A DNA stretch of 64,000 bases. It comes from Octopus vulgaris. Taxonomy: Eukaryota. Positions within the stretch are counted from its first letter, which is position 1, and every line of letters starts with the position of its first letter. The notes under the pieces were generated by a model, which saw only the letters and a program-made list of their open reading frames with translations, did not search any database and had not been told where the DNA came from. The translations under genes were made by a program, and so were the position numbers. Shown here one piece after another: positions 28,468-41,714 of this stretch. The stretch spans positions 212,908,001 through 212,972,000 of the forward strand of contig OX597814.1 in assembly GCA_951406725.2 (NCBI GenBank), read 5' to 3'.

Positions 28468-29070
28468 CTTAGAATAACTTAGAAAGGTTTTGGCCAGTAT
28501 TGGCCCAGGCCATGTCTAACTTAATAGTACCACCTGGCGAAGACTTTCAATTCAGGATTTGGGCACCAAGGCCCATACGAGCAGAGAGTTATTGTTTGCG
28601 GAGCCATATCTGGGTGTGGGTGGTTTGTCCGGGACTGTTTGAAGGAATTTGTCCAAAGACTTCTTGAATTTTGTGTGGTCAGTTTCTGTTTTGACGTGTC
28701 CTGGTGTAATGTTGAAGAAAGCGGGTCCATCTGAGGTGAAATAATTGTGCCGTATTGTTGTTATGAGATGCGATTTAGATTTTTGTTGTTGACGGATGGC
28801 AAGTGGTCCAAGCCTTGGATGTATTTTGAAGGTGATGCCAACATCATTTGGACAGTGCTGCTGGAATATTTTTCACATCATACACATAATGTAGCGTTCA
28901 CGACGTCGTTGGAGTGAATACATTTTCAGCTTTTCTAGTGGACCCCAGTAGTCGAGGTCTGACATACCATCTATCTTTTTTGTGATTGACCTTTGGGGAG
29001 CTTCAATTCTCATAATATTTTGTTTCGTGAAGGGAGACCACAGAAGACAGCAGTATTCAAGGTGACACTG
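28468..29070 (-). mobile_element. CR1/L2-group LINE 3' end (RT C-terminus)
   Basis: HLEYCCLLWSP..QRSITKKIDGM..DYW..LEKLKMYSLQRRRERY..GPAFFN..FKKSLDKFLQTVPDKP, followed by a short repeated tail. Homolog at 45868-46410. Confidence 0.85.
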
Positions 29071-29074
29071 GTTG

Positions 29075-29720
29075 TCGCTTGAGTTGCAAGAAACTAGAGC
29101 AACATTTTGTGTTATGTACACAGGGCATTCATTAGAATGGCGTGTTCGTGAACTTATAATCGTGATGAAAGTAGTTGAGATGTACCAGATGTTCGGGCAA
29201 CAGAACCACATACATGTAACCATTCCAAAAATCACCAGTATCTGCCATCCAGATTAAAGTTACAGTCTCCTCCACAATAAGTGAGAAGAAACAAAATTTC
29301 TTTACTCTCAAAGGTCTGGCTCGCAAAACTGCGAGCCACCTATGGGGCGTAAAACAGCAACTACACCGTTGTATATTTGACACCCCTTAATGGTTGGCAG
29401 ATTTTCCGCCAACTCTTGCTCAATCATCTGCTTGGAGAAGACGGCAATGGTGTCGAGACCCTTCGAATACGTTCTCAACACCGCTGTCCTTTCCTCTTGC
29501 TGTCTGAGCCGCTCCCTCTCTACAATCTTATCCGTATTTTGTGCCATGTTTTAAATTTAAAATATAGCAGTCCAAAACAATAGTTCACAAATTTCGAAAA
29601 GAAAAGAGAGAAATCGAAAGGAAACAAAAGGGAAGAAGAGAAAAAGCAAACAGTTCAATATTTTAGAAAGTCACAATAGAAGAAGAAAACAACAGTTCAA
29701 CAAAAGACAGCAAAAATATA
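29075..29720 (-). mobile_element. Tx1/L1-like ORF1 5' fragment
   Basis: DNA similarity to 50475-50600 (tttgcgagccag.cctttgag.gtaaagaaattttgtttctt); frameshifted. Confidence 0.6.
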
Positions 29721-29898
29721 TTCTGGGCATTCAGATACTTTGTGGTATATATATGCACAAAGTAAGTTAGGGGTTATGGATTCAACTTACTAAGGGGTAG
29801 GAATTATAGCTAAAAAAGAGGAAGAAGTTTCCTGTCTAGGGAACTGTAGGTGACTGTGGTTGTGGCTATTTTTATATGAGTGGTTATTTCTATATGAG

Positions 29899-30357
29899 TC
29901 ATAGTTTTTTTTCTGCTTTAAATTTTATTATCATTTGTCCGAAGAGTTCCCGGGAGATGAGTAAAGGGACAATCCCTGTGCAAACACAATCTGTCTCGCT
30001 GGGAATAGCGGCAGATTTGGGGATTCCTTGTTTGAGATATTGGTGGTTGTGGTGGTGTTGTAATAGAGTATGTATTATGGTGGTGGCTGTTGTAGTTTGT
30101 GGGGATAGAGCGTTTTGTCCCAGGTAAATGGGTGAATTGGCAGTCGCTATCAATGTATAATCTATGGCGGAGAGAATATCGGCAAATGATGGGGTTTCGA
30201 GTGGTTGTGTAAGTGCGTGTGTGAGTTGTGAGAGGTGTAGATGATAGTTTGTTGAGGTTTTGGCGACCTTTGTGACCTGTGGGACGTTCTTGAACAAGTA
30301 GTAGGAGGTAGATTCCTTGAGGTAGCAGCAGCAACAGCAGCAGCAGTAGTAATAGTG

Positions 30358-30424
<67 letters not shown>

Positions 30425-31082
30425 GCAGAAGAGATGTTGGCAGTGATGATGATTGAGGAGGTGGATTCCATGAGATAGCGGTAGACAAAGATGTTTTCGG
30501 ATTGATAGAGTTTGTAGCGCTAGTAGTAGACAGAAGAGATGATGTTGACAGTGATGATGATTGAGCTAGTAGGGCTGTGAAAGGAAGGGATGATGCTTCT
30601 TGCTGTGAGACCCTGATGACTGGTGGGTCAATCATTTCGTTTAACAAATCGGCCATTGTAGATGAATCAAGGAGTGGTTCATTCTGTTGTTGTTGCTGCT
30701 GATATTGCTTTTGCCGCTGAGGTTGTTGTTGTTGATGCTGCTGAAGTTGTTGTTGTTGTTGCTGTAGCTGTTGTTGTTGTTTTTGTTGCCGCTGAGGTTG
30801 TTGTTGTTGTTGTTATAGCGCCGGTGATGTGTTCGAAGAGAAAAACATCTTAGTTTATCGAAGTGTTTATCGATTAATTTAAAAGCAACTTCGATTTGCT
30901 TTAATTTATTTTGTATCTGCTGTTCAGATCGAGTTTTGAAAAGGTGAATTGTTCGTTTAGCAATTTCGTTCAAACACGAAGCACCTATGTTTTCTGTTTG
31001 GGTAAGGCAATGCCAATGTGTTGATTAGAACGTCGATTTCATTGCCAGACCAAATTTGTTTGGACTTTTGATGGCTAGCCAT
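29899..31082 (-). pseudogene. frameshifted Myb/SANT-like (trihelix-type) ORF with poly-N/poly-T tracts
   Basis: ATG at 31082 gives MASHQKSKQIWSGNEIDVLINTL.., then a frameshift to EIAKRTIHLFKTRSEQQIQNKLKQI, the W..E...LI / RS.EQ..NK.K pattern. Downstream (AAC)n and (ACT)n tracts and further frameshifts. Confidence 0.5.
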
Positions 31083-31770
31083 TCTGTGGATATATTTTAT
31101 TAAATTTTATTTTATTCGTTTGTTTTATTGATTAATTTTATTTATTTATTTTTTTAGGGAGAAGTATGTAGAATAAAATAGATTGTACAGAATGTTTGCT
31201 GTAATACTGAGAATTATGTGATTGGATTTGAATCATGAGCTTGCAGTTATTTTATCTTTCTTTTCTTTTCTGTTTTCTTCTTCTTTTTTTCCCTTTTTCT
31301 AATTGTTAATGTGTGGGTGATCCTTTAGTTATCAGAAGGTGTTGACGGCGTGTATATATAAATACTATCTCATAGGAGCGTGTGATTTTGCTTATTTGGT
31401 CGTTTGAAATTTATGAAAATAATTTGTAGTTAAAGAAAAATTTACTCACGAGTCGGGAAACGCGTGATTTCAAATATATAGGAATATATTCGTTTGTAGC
31501 TGTGAAGCTGTTAAGCTTGCTGCTGACCGGCGGAGGGTAGTAAAAACACGTCTTTATACTTCAAGAATCAACAGCATATATGGCAACATATATATAGATA
31601 TCTATACAAAAGCCTACACATATACACCTTTTCAATTTACTATGCAACGAAATACATATTTTAACATATATATGTATATATATATACATATACACACACA
31701 TATATATACATACAAATAGACAGATGAACGGAATCATATATATATATAGAGAGAGAGAGAGATGTATATG

Positions 31771-31821
<51 letters not shown>

Positions 31822-31830
31822 CTATCTATA

Positions 31831-31875
<45 letters not shown>

Positions 31876-32579
31876 TACACATAAATACACATACATGCAC
31901 ATTAATAGACATATTGATCTACACACATACTGAAACACTTACACACACAGAGACAAATATATGTATATATATATACAAATATATACAGAGATATACATAG
32001 ATACAGCTACATACACATACATATACATATATTCAAAATAGATATAAAAATTATTAAATATAATCCTCGAAATAATACACTTCAGAATACTTTCTATACG
32101 TATATTTACAAGAGTGCTAACAAGATAATTCATGTTCCTGTCTATCATTAACAAATTTCTTTTTTATGTTAAAATTTGATATATTTCATCCACACAATGT
32201 TACATCTATTATTAGCAATTATATAAGATCTAGCATGATTAATTATTTGCTATTTAATGTTGTACAATTTTACCATCCTTTAACTTTCATATAAACTTTC
32301 ACCTGGCACAAATATATGTATATATATATACAAATATATACAGAGATATACATAGATACATTGTTTGCACATACATATACATATATTAGGAAAATAGATA
32401 TGCAAAAATTATGTTTTCCAGATATAACTCTACGTCTATATGCAAGGTTATTTTGCATACAAATATTATTGATATAACATTTATCCTTAATTGTACAATA
32501 ACAAATTCTAGCAACATAGTTATCAGTAATAGAACTATTAATATTTCTATTGTTATTAAATTGTTTAATTTTTAGTTAT

Positions 32580-33163
32580 TAATTGAAGAGATAATTCTTA
32601 ACAAATATTTAGATACTGAAAAGCCAGTTCTGATCTTCTTATTGATTATTTTATTATATTTATTTTCTTTTTTGAAATGTTTGCATATAGATCTGTAAAA
32701 ACGTTTAACCAAATTAGGTTGTATTTTTCTTGCAAAAGGAATAATAAGCCAAATATTATTTTCGTTTATAGAATTAACAATATTAAGTGTATTAAAACCT
32801 CCATATGGGGTGTAATTTTAGTCTTAACCCTAATCCTATATTCATAGAGAATATTATAGTTACTGCACTTTTAATTGAAGAGACAATTCTTAACAAATAT
32901 TTAGATACTGAAAAGCCAGTTCTGATCTTCTTATTAATTATTTTATTATATTTATTTTCTTTTTGAAATGTTTGCATATAGATCTGTAAATACGTTTAAC
33001 CAAATTAGGTTGTAATTTTCTTGCAAAAGGAATAATAAGCCAAATATTATTTTCGTTTATAGAATTAATAATATTAAGTGTATTAAAACCTCCATATGGT
33101 GTATAATTTTAGTCTTAACCCTAGTTCTATATTCGTACAGAATATTATAATTACAGCACTTTT
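32580..33163. repeat. tandem duplication, 2 x ~293 bp, inside the PLE remnant
   Basis: 32580-32872 and 32873-33163 are near-identical. Confidence 0.9.
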
Positions 33164-33805
33164 CCTTATTCATACTATTACTATTATTATTAGTATTATT
33201 CTTATTATTAATAACATCATTATTGCTATCATAATACAGGTTTAGCGTATGTACATTATTGGTATTGAATTTAGACATACATTTACATTATATTTCATTC
33301 CGTTCTTATTTAGGCTGTCTTTAGACTATATAATGGTATTTACTTATTGGGATATATCCTTGTCCCGTACTTATCAAATAAAATAACAGATTTTGGAACT
33401 TCGAAAATTACTCTAATTTCTTTAAATCTAAGGCTGGAGTTTTTCTCGAAAACAGAAGAGAACTATTAAGTACAATATCATTAATAGTAGAATGTATCAA
33501 ACCAAAAAATAGCTTCTTGGATTTCAGAACAAAGTTCAAGTTAAATTTTTTTATGAGTAAGTATATAGTCTTATTTTCCTTAACATACCTAGGTCAAATC
33601 GGGCTGGGCAAATTAATCGAAATTTAATGTTAGAAAATAAGTTTCTTTGCGATCTTTTAAAGTTATCCTAGGCTTCATAGGCACACAAGGCTCTGTTCTA
33701 TCATCAGGATCATAACCATTCATAATTTTCTTAGCTTCTAATTTAATGGACCTTAAGACATTTTTGTTTACTACTTTATAATTACTAGGAATTTATTCAT
33801 TTGAT

Positions 33806-34207
33806 ACTCTTTTACTTGTTTCAGTCATTTGACTGCGGCCATGCTGGAGCACCGCCTTTAATCGAGCAACTCGACCCCGGGACTTATTCTTTTGTAAGCT
33901 CAGTACTTATTCTATCGGTCTCTTTTGCCGAACCGCTAGGTAACGGGGATATAAACACACCAGCATCGGTTGTCAAGCAATGCCAGGGGGACAAACACAG
34001 ACACACAAACACACACACACATATATATATATATACATATATACGACGGGCTTCTTTCAGTTTCCGTCTACCAAATACACTCACAAGGCTTTGGTCGGCC
34101 CGAGGCTATAGTAGAAGACACTTGCCCAAGATGCCACGCAGTGGGACTGAACCCGGAACCATGTGGTTGGTAAACAAGCTACTTAACACACAGCCACTCC
34201 TGCGCCT
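33806..34207 (-). mobile_element. SINE family B inserted into the PLE ORF
   Basis: Full consensus match; PLE coding remnants lie on both sides. Confidence 0.92.
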
Positions 34208-35242
34208 GTTAATTCATAATATTTTAATAAATCCATATCATATAAGTTTCCAGTTTCATCAGATTGCACAATAATTCCATTTCTTTTCGTTTCAAATCAC
34301 ATACTAACAACTTTAGTTTCTTTAAATGTTCATTCGCCCTAAGAGGACATTTAACAAATTTAGTATTTGTGACAATATTCCATAAATCGTATTCAAAAGA
34401 CTCCAAATGGCGGTTTGATGGTGGAAGTCTCTTAAAGTTCTTTTTCAAACGTTCATTATCTTTATTATGAGGGTTAATTTCTTGTTCAAAATCCTTATCA
34501 TGATAAAAAGCCTTCCAACGGATTCCATGAATAAAATCAAAAATCTTATTAATCAGGTCCTTCATGAAATCTTTCCTATGTGGAACAGGAATGTCTATTA
34601 AAGGAAAGTCAATAATATTTTAAGAATTTCTGGTGGAGTAGGAAGTATATTTTCTTTAAAATTTCTATACACCATAATGAAACAATAAATAAGGATATAT
34701 TTCATTCAGACACTAACTAGTATAGTTTATAATAATCGTAATTTTATACATTTACAAATGTATATATAAATTTATAAGAATCTTTGTACATTTATACGTT
34801 TGTTTATACCTGCCCGTACTTAGCAGAAATTTTGAATTAATGAATAGTTGATTAAAAGATTTTTTAATGAATTTAGTGTCTGAATAAAATATATCCCCAT
34901 ATAGTGTTTCATAATCGTATATAGAAATTTTAAATAAAATATATTTCCTACTCCACCATAAATTCTTATCATATTACATAGATTTTAATATATAATAAAA
35001 ATGGACAGTGATTATTTGAGATTAAATATGTTTAAACTAATATTATTAAAAATGGATTGGATAAGAACAATTTATGACAGTTATAATTGTTTTGTTCATT
35101 TAATTTATATCATCTATTTGAATCTTTGTTTTGTTCTTATTATATTTATAATTTGTTTAATTATTAACGCACACGCTTGTAAACACAAGTATATTTAAAT
35201 TCAATGTATCTTATGATTTAGCAGTCCACGTATGAATTTTTG

Positions 35243-35300
<58 letters not shown>

Positions 35301-35423
35301 TACATCTTTTTATAGTATTATTGTTATATTATAATGTTCATAAATGTTTGAATATGTCGATTGTATTTCTCTATTTTCTGAAATATATATATATATATAT
35401 ATAATTGTATATATATATATATA

Positions 35424-35490
<67 letters not shown>

Positions 35491-35599
35491 TAGATAGATA
35501 GATAGATATATACATATACATATGCATATACATATACATATACTTGCATACATAAATACATAAATATGCAAGGGCGGTCATCGAAATCAATGCAAATGT

Positions 35600-35930
35600 G
35601 AGCAGAGGCGTAAAGCGTAAATATATTCTTTTCGTCATAAATAACCATAGGATTGCACCTAGAAAGTTACTTTCCGATGCAAGGTTGTTTATGGAAGACT
35701 TACAGTCGCCCAAGCTCACCAGCCTCTCCTCTCCATGTCACCTATCTTATCTAAAAGAAAAGCCGACACAGCAAAGCACCAGCGACATCGCAACTCATTT
35801 CTACAGCTGAGTGAACTGGAGCATTGTGAAGTAATGTGTCTAGATGAAGGACGCAACACAGCTCGGTCCGGGAATCGAACTCACTACCTCATGATCCCGA
35901 CGCTTTAACCACTGAGTCGTGCATCTTCAC
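35600..35930 (-). mobile_element. diverged tRNA-derived SINE
   Basis: Head gactcagtggttaaagcg...gagttcgattccc and body ctccagttcactcagctg, shared with 44455-44768. Confidence 0.65.
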
Positions 35931-36310
35931 AGCATAACTGTGAGCATAACTTTGTATTAAAAGACGTAGGTCATTCAAATTTCAAGTGTTAGTAGCCCAT
36001 CGTGCGCGGTCGATTTGAAAAGTTAGAATGCATAAGAATGTAGCACGTCTCTATTCTCCGTTGCTGCATAAATATGCATTAATCTTAGCGCTCTTAATGA
36101 AGAGGCACGGATGGCAAATTAATTTACTTGCACATTAATGCAGAAACACTAGGTGTAAATATAGAAATATTTTTTCTCATTTCCTTTGAAATTACACTTA
36201 TTCGAGATTTGGACTTTAACTGCCTTCTTTAACTAGCATGTAAGGTTTCCCTTTGTCTATCATTTTTTGTCTCCTCAATATTTAGCCCTATGTGGGCAAT
36301 AAAGAAATAT

Positions 36311-36857
<547 letters not shown>

Positions 36858-36873
36858 ATATATATATATATAT

Positions 36874-37370
36874 AGTTGGAATTTACAAAAAGACTGAAGA
36901 CGAAGACAACAAACACATGCATTAGTTTAATGCTCGGGAAGGTGAGAAAGTCTTTTACGTTTTGAGCCTACGCTCTTCAGCAGAAAGGAACACGAGAAAA
37001 TAAACAGAGAGAGAATAAACATGTAACTAAACATGTATATATGAATTTCTACGTCTAAATTAGAGAAAAGGGTGATTATTGATGGGTAGTCCCGGGTAGA
37101 GTCTTGGTGTGACTCCATTCGGATTGAGTCATGTTGTGTTCTCCTGAATACGAACAACATCGGTGGCCTGTCTCAGCATTGCATCAGTGGCATGTATAGA
37201 TAGGATATCTAACCTACGTCTCCTTTAGAAGTCTTTGCCGAAGTCTACAACATACTGCTAGAAGTTCGCTTCTTTTTTGTTGGAGTTATCCAAGTATTCT
37301 TTCAACCTGTCATTAATGCTCCTATATGTGTCACCAATGTAAGATTCTTGAAAAACTGCGCAAGTCCCCT
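36874..37370 (-). mobile_element. Penelope-like 3' end (GIY-YIG remnant, tail, degenerate hammerhead)
   Basis: Minus translation ESYIGDTYRSINDRLKEYL (~37290-37350). CTGAAGAgcgtaggctcAAAAcgTA at 36952-36987. Ends in (TA)n. Confidence 0.7.
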
Positions 37371-37377
37371 CCTGGCA

Positions 37378-37497
37378 CTTAATTTGGTATACAGTGTTTT
37401 GTACGTTGGCGGAATTTGAAATCAGAATATAAAGTCTGACGAAATACTGCCAAGCATTTCACCCGGCTTGCCAACGTTTCTGCCAGGTCGCCGCCTT
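37378..37497 (-). mobile_element. SINE family C fragment
   Basis: ggcggcgacctggcagaaacgttggcaagccgggtgaaatgc head. Confidence 0.65.
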
Positions 37498-37552
37498 GAA
37501 AAACACAAATATATGGTGAAATAATTGTTACTCTCCCAGATGCAACGCCAAG

Positions 37553-37740
37553 TTTTGTCAGTGAACAGGTCGTGGCTTCAAAATATTTTGGCACAAATGA
37601 AAATTAAACGTTCAAGTGAAACTGACGGTTTTTGTGTGTTCTTCGAGTGGCTTACAAATATCTTCTACGATTCATTTGTTTTTGTTTCAGCACACGACCT
37701 CAGACCAAGTTACATGCTATGCAAGTACATCTCCCTAATA
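37553..37740 (+). mobile_element. diverged copy of the 13912-14186 tail with a decayed G3-C8 hammerhead
   Basis: ttttgtca GTGAACA ggtcg... aaatatttt...; ends gtacatctccctaatatat. Confidence 0.7.
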
Positions 37741-37818
37741 TATATGTATACAGTTGTTGAAGAGGAAACAACAAACATTAAGCGAGGCACACTTATCAAG
37801 TCATACACATTATTATTA

Positions 37819-37872
<54 letters not shown>

Positions 37873-37890
37873 GAGAAACAAATTTCACAA

Positions 37891-37944
37891 TCTTACGCCT
37901 GTTTCTGGGATACCCCAGAGTATGGGATAATCTATCATCGGAGA
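37891..37944 (-). ncRNA. hammerhead-like motif, C4 variant (decayed)
   Basis: tct CCGATGA tag...ccca GAAA caggcg TA aga; left arm of the imperfect inverted repeat 37872-38113. Confidence 0.45.
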
Positions 37945-38041
37945 GAAATAGGGAAAATGAAGTAAAGGAATAAGGACCCTTTACTCCTGTCCTCTAGGTT
38001 GTTATTTCATTAATTTATACCTTTCTCATCCTCCCTATTTT

Positions 38042-38095
38042 TCTCCGATGATGGAATATCGCATACTCTAGGATACCCCAGAAACTGCTGTAAGA
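38042..38095 (+). ncRNA. hammerhead-like motif, C4 variant
   Basis: tct CCGATGA tgg...cca GAAA ctgctg TA aga. Confidence 0.5.
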
Positions 38096-38358
38096 CTTTG
38101 AAAATGTTTTTCTACAATAATAATGGTGTAAATGACTTGAGATGTTTGACTTGCCTTGACGTCCGTTGTCCTCTTTCACATTTATATAACCGCTATATCG
38201 GAAATTTGCAATGGCTCCAGTACTACCGTCTCGGCCATAATCTTGGGGACGTAGTAATCCGTTACAGTACTTACCTAGCGTACCTACTTGTTTAGATCAC
38301 CTCTGAACGAAACTCACATATTTTGTGTGTATACACACACACACACGCACACACACAC

Positions 38359-38400
<42 letters not shown>

Positions 38401-38929
38401 GGAATAATATTCCCTAATATGAAGATATAAAAAAGAACACAAATGAGAAGACAGTTGTTTCGATCGAATTTTATTTAATTGATGTATTCATACATTACAG
38501 TGTCATATAAACTATTATGTTCAGGTGAGATTTTAAAATGGTAAGATGTTAAACCGGTGAGATAATACATCCAACATAAAGAATCTGACTAACAATGTTG
38601 GGAGTGTTTTTTAAAATTATATTGGAATTAATAGGAATATTAGGTGTTGCTTTAAGGGGCATGTGAGAAACAGAGAGAAATTTGAGAACGTACAAGTATT
38701 GTAAGATTCTCTGACATGGAGTAGACAAGCAGGTATCTTATCCGTTTGACAAGTAGACATCTTGTCCGTTAAGTGAGAAAGTAGAAACCAGAAGACTGCA
38801 GAAAGCAATGAAACCGTCATCACATTTGCGCTCTGTACTGTCCAACTTAAGTCCCGTTGGTATATACATATTTACACTCAGGCTATTACACTCACACACA
38901 CACAAGATAAGATAAACAAACATATATGC

Positions 38930-39105
<176 letters not shown>

Positions 39106-39119
39106 TACAATTCAAAAAT

Positions 39120-39798
39120 AGGATAACATCTTTATAGGAATTCATCAAGTAGTTAACGTGAAAAACCTCATAAGGGAAAAATCTATCAATTTTTCCTCTT
39201 AAATATATTTATTTATATACCCTCAATATAAATATATATATATATGAATTTTTTGCGTAATGAGATAAAAAGAACCAAGGCTGTATAGATATTAGAGCAT
39301 TTATAGATAGAAGGTCTTACAGCTGTTTCTAGGATATTAATTAATAATATCCCTTCATCGGAGATTGTGTAAGATGAAAAATTAAGACATAGTTTCGATG
39401 TGATACAAATAGACAGTGAGGTGGAGGAAAGAAAATAGATGTGGGTTATGTATGGTTATTGAATTCGTAAATCCGTTTTATATCCATAATGGTATATATG
39501 TGTAGTATTCCAATATCCTTTGAGTAAAATCTAAAAGTCCAACAGAGTTTAATATGAATGAATCCAGATGGTCAACTGGTACTTATATAATTTAAGGAGT
39601 ATGTACGAGTCCCTTACACGCAGTGTACACCTGTCTGAACCATTACCATACGGAGGAGCCATCGTAATTAGGGACCATGTTAGGTCGTAAGGCAAGTCAC
39701 AATCCCTAAGTTTACCTATAGATATGGAATTTTTATACTTACGGCTTGAAAAGGAATTCAGATTGGCCCTATATCGCCTTTTGAAGTCTATCATACTA

Positions 39799-39879
<81 letters not shown>

Positions 39880-40460
39880 TTGTCTATTGGGTAGGCTAGC
39901 TACACATTTACACACAACATTGTATCGAAGACATGATCCTGCCAGCGGATTGGTTTTGGAACCTCTGGAGTTACAATTTTTTTTCAGTTGTGTCCTTCTA
40001 TTACTGTTCATATTTTTGTTTCCAGCATTATTAATATCATTATATTGGGGTATGGTACCACATTTTTAATTCATTAAAATTTGACTAGTATGATATATTA
40101 CGTTAGTATTTGGGGACGACACCTTAACTTTACCCTTATTTCCATTAGTATGTAGTACTAGTTCTAAAGTATTATTATTAGTGGCACTAGTGTTGTCCTT
40201 TTTAACTATATCATTAATTTCATTAGTACGTAGTCCTATCCCTAAATTACTATTATTATTATTAGTTACACTATTGTTGATCTTATTCAATATACGTTTA
40301 ATTTTGCCCCTATTTATAGAAGCTATTATTGTTCCTAAATTAGGCCTTGCCGTGTACGAAAACTTTACAGCAGATTTATTACAAATGGCGGCCTGCTATT
40401 TTGAAGATTGACATTTTTATTCCTATATTTATCAACTTCTCAGTCTCCTTGTGCCCCTTA
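39120..40460 (-). mobile_element. Penelope-like 3' half (GIY-YIG remnant and tail)
   Basis: Motifs CNKSAVKFSYTARPNLGTIIASIN, CNSR..NPLAGSCLRYNVVCK, YIGSMIDFKRRY and WSLITMAPPYGNGSDRCTL. Confidence 0.8.
39315..39364 (-). ncRNA. type I hammerhead motif, C4 variant, in a PLE tail
   Basis: tct CCGATGA a gggatatt-attaatt-aatatcct a GAA ACAGCTGT A aga; palindromic stem III. Confidence 0.65.
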
Positions 40461-41221
40461 GACCTATCACACATAACTTTTTACATGTAATCCTTATTTA
40501 TATGTGATTTCATATGTATTTTAATATATATTTCCTCCTATATTTTTATGTATATATTGGGTCTCTGTGAGCTCTCCGTAAGTAGCCCATACTTTCTACA
40601 ACATACTTAATATTATGCATACACACACATATACTTTTATACATATGCTTATATAAACATGCGCCCTGTATTCACACTCATACACACTTATACATATACA
40701 CACGTACTTATACATAAAGTATATTATATAAAACAATATAATATGATAAAGATATCTAAAGAAGACATAGACACATGACAAAGTGTCGTAAACTAGATTA
40801 TCAGATATTTTACTTGTTATTGACTATAGAATTTGCAAACAAGTGAGAATACGTAACCAAGAGACTAATGACGTAACGTGACATATCGCTTAAATAATAT
40901 TAGATATTTAAATACTATTTAAATGAGACGAGTGTACTTATCTGCGTTAGAGAATGTAGTTAAATAGAAACTAAGAAGTTAAAGATCAGTAGTTTTCGAA
41001 GCATACATGATAACTAGTTTAAAGTATGAAGATGTGTTTCTAATGTAATAGAAGAATATGACTCTAAGTTCATTAGATTTGACAAGGATATTACCAAGGT
41101 AATATGCGTTCACAATGTGTGTGCGTTTGTATGGTTGTGTGAGTGTGTGTGATCATGAGAGTGTATGTATGTATATATGTGTGTGTGTGCCTATGTTTGT
41201 GTGTATTTGTGTATGCGTGTA

Positions 41222-41600
41222 TTCTTTTATTCTTTTACTAGCGTCAGCCATTTGACTGCGGTCATGCTGGAGCACCGCCTCAAATTGTTTTAGTCGGATA
41301 AATCGAACCCATGACTTATTTCTTAAGCCTTGTACTTATTCGATCGGTCCGTTTTGCCGAACCGCTAACTTACGGAAACGTCAACACACCGACACCGGTT
41401 GTCATGCGGTGATGGTGAGACAAACTCAAACACAAAGACACTCTCTTTCTCACACACACACACACACACACACATATATACATACGATGGGCGTCTACAC
41501 AATCCACTCACAAGTTTTGGTCGAGGTTCAACACAGAGGCACAGAACCCGGAATCATGTGGTTGGGAAGCAAGCCTCTTACTACCCAGACATGGCTGTGA
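41222..41600 (-). mobile_element. SINE family B, diverged
   Basis: Consensus match with deletions. Confidence 0.8.
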
Positions 41601-41714
41601 CTATAAAGGAGTATGTCGGTAAGGCTCTACTGTGACTCGATCCCGGATCGCTGGATTCAGAATCAAAAATGCTCAACATTACAACATAAAAAAACAACTT
41701 TGTATGTAGGTATT

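Larger units (their letters stand above)
32090..34968 (-). mobile_element. decayed Penelope-like element interrupted by a SINE
   Basis: Motifs IRWKAFY..RLPP..LESFEYDLW (34224-34565), RITLKDRK..RLICPA (~33600-33680), KHFKKENKYNKIINKK, CYCTIKDKCYINNIC..AYR and NNRCNI. Terminal inverted pair at 34619-34716 / 34873-34968. Confidence 0.8.

Noticed and set aside
38440-38470. Half hammerhead (GAAA caactg TC ttctc, minus strand)
   Set aside because: The 5' core half is missing, so it cannot be called.
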